Below, piece by piece: positions 63,150 through 64,000 of a stretch of DNA of 64,000 nucleotides. Under the pieces are notes generated by a model, which was not told the origin of the DNA, searched no databases, and saw only the letters and a program-made list of their open reading frames with translations. The translations under genes and the position numbers were made by a program. How positions within the stretch are numbered: the first letter of the stretch is position 1; the number at the start of each line of letters is the position of its first letter. The DNA is taken from positions 62,001-126,000 of IMG/VR virus record IMGVR_UViG_3300024336_000005; one strand, given 5' to 3'.

Positions 63150-63634
63150 TGAAGTTTACAATAGGTCATATCCTATCTGTTGTTTGTGACAGAATGTTTG
63201 TGTCAGAGAAGGAGCTTAAGAAGTTCCTTGATTATGTGTGCGGCCAGAAGTTGAGCACGGTGCACCTCGCCGCCGCATCAGACTACGCTAAGATCCCACT
63301 GTTCGAACAGTTCCCTTGGGTCGATAAGATCAACACAAGAAGCCTTGATAGTACGATAGCTAGGATCCATTCTGAGGCCCCTCGGGCTGACTTGGAACTC
63401 GACACTGCACCGAAGGCTTACAACCCCTCAGTGGCCGCTCAGATCGTAGCAAACGCTACTGCTAGCAGCAATAGAGAAGCGCTTTGCGCTGCTCGAGACA
63501 AGTGGCTTGCTGGTGTGGCTAAGAAGGTGCGTGGTAATACTTTTGAAGTAAAGACTGCCACTGAGATGGGCTACCGTAAGTTTGATAAGGGATACTTCAC
63601 CAGATGGTGGATGAAGCAGAGAGCTAAGCCCTGA
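63149..63634 (+). CDS. hypothetical protein
   Basis: TAATG coupling. Confidence 0.8.
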   Translation: MKFTIGHILSVVCDRMFVSEKELKKFLDYVCGQKLSTVHLAAASDYAKIPLFEQFPWVDKINTRSLDSTIARIHSEAPRADLELDTAPKAYNPSVAAQIVANATASSNREALCAARDKWLAGVAKKVRGNTFEVKTATEMGYRKFDKGYFTRWWMKQRAKP

Positions 63635-63648
63635 GGGCTGCTCTCCAT

Positions 63649-63725
63649 GCCAGGTTAGCTCAGTGGATTAGAGCAGGGAGTTTCTACCTCCAAGGTCATA
63701 GGTTCGATCCCTATACCTGGTACCA
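63649..63725 (+). tRNA. trnR: tRNA-Arg(UCU)
   Basis: GCCAGGT/ACCTGGT, loop TTTCTAC, ACCA. Confidence 0.9.
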
Positions 63726-63741
63726 ATGAAAAGGGAAGAGT

Positions 63742-64000
63742 ATGAAGAAGTTTAATGTGTGGTTGTGTGTGCTGTTGTTCTCATTTGCTTGTTCAAATCA
63801 GGTGGGATTGGAATATGCATCAGTTAAGGTTCCCACTCCAGCTGAAATTGGAGTGGACTTCAACATAATTGAGACCCAGCTTCCTCCGGTGGAGATAGCA
63901 GTCACTCGAGCAGTTGGATATCTTACGCATACAGAATGGGGGGCCCTGACCATTAGAGATGGAAAGAATGTTTATCTAAGCTTTCTTATGGATGACCAGA
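63742..64000 (+). CDS. putative lipoprotein (truncated by window end)
   Basis: hand-translated open frame, lipobox FAC. Confidence 0.6.
   Translation, partial: MKKFNVWLCVLLFSFACSNQVGLEYASVKVPTPAEIGVDFNIIETQLPPVEIAVTRAVGYLTHTEWGALTIRDGKNVYLSFLMDDQ

Noticed and set aside
1-64000. CRISPR array, stop-codon recoding, suppressor tRNAs
   Set aside because: No regularly spaced repeats; genes read normally in code 11 with all three stops; no CUA/UCA/UUA anticodon tRNA seen.

Overview
This window is most consistent with a segment of a large (jumbo-type) bacteriophage genome. It has about 100 tightly packed, mostly small + strand ORFs, no cellular housekeeping operons, and a visibly GC-rich left third grading into a more AT-rich tRNA/ncRNA region. 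Recognisable proteins: Ro60/Rsr (TROVE), an Rnl2-like RNA ligase, a P-loop polynucleotide kinase, two metallophosphoesterases, a 2H phosphoesterase, a PLD-family nuclease, a RelA/SpoT-type HD hydrolase, PurA, five HNH proteins and a bL12-CTD-like protein. RNAs: about 26 tRNAs, an oversized tmRNA and many tRNA-like or unexplained structured RNAs. The most striking systems are four. (1) Ro60 is followed by six dispersed Y-RNA-like genes that share a covarying GAACUGA/UUGUUC bulged helix; several carry permuted tRNA domains or anticodon stem-loops. (2) A free-standing mimic of the 23S rRNA GTPase-associated centre (H43-H44) has a 278-nt insert containing a circularly permuted copy of that same putative Ro-binding helix. 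(3) Antisense HNH cassettes carry their own intact tRNA, and two of them sit inside and split a resident tRNA gene. (4) Several tRNAs have hairpins or extra anticodon loops inserted in the D- or anticodon loop. All structures were folded and aligned by eye; no database searches were run.
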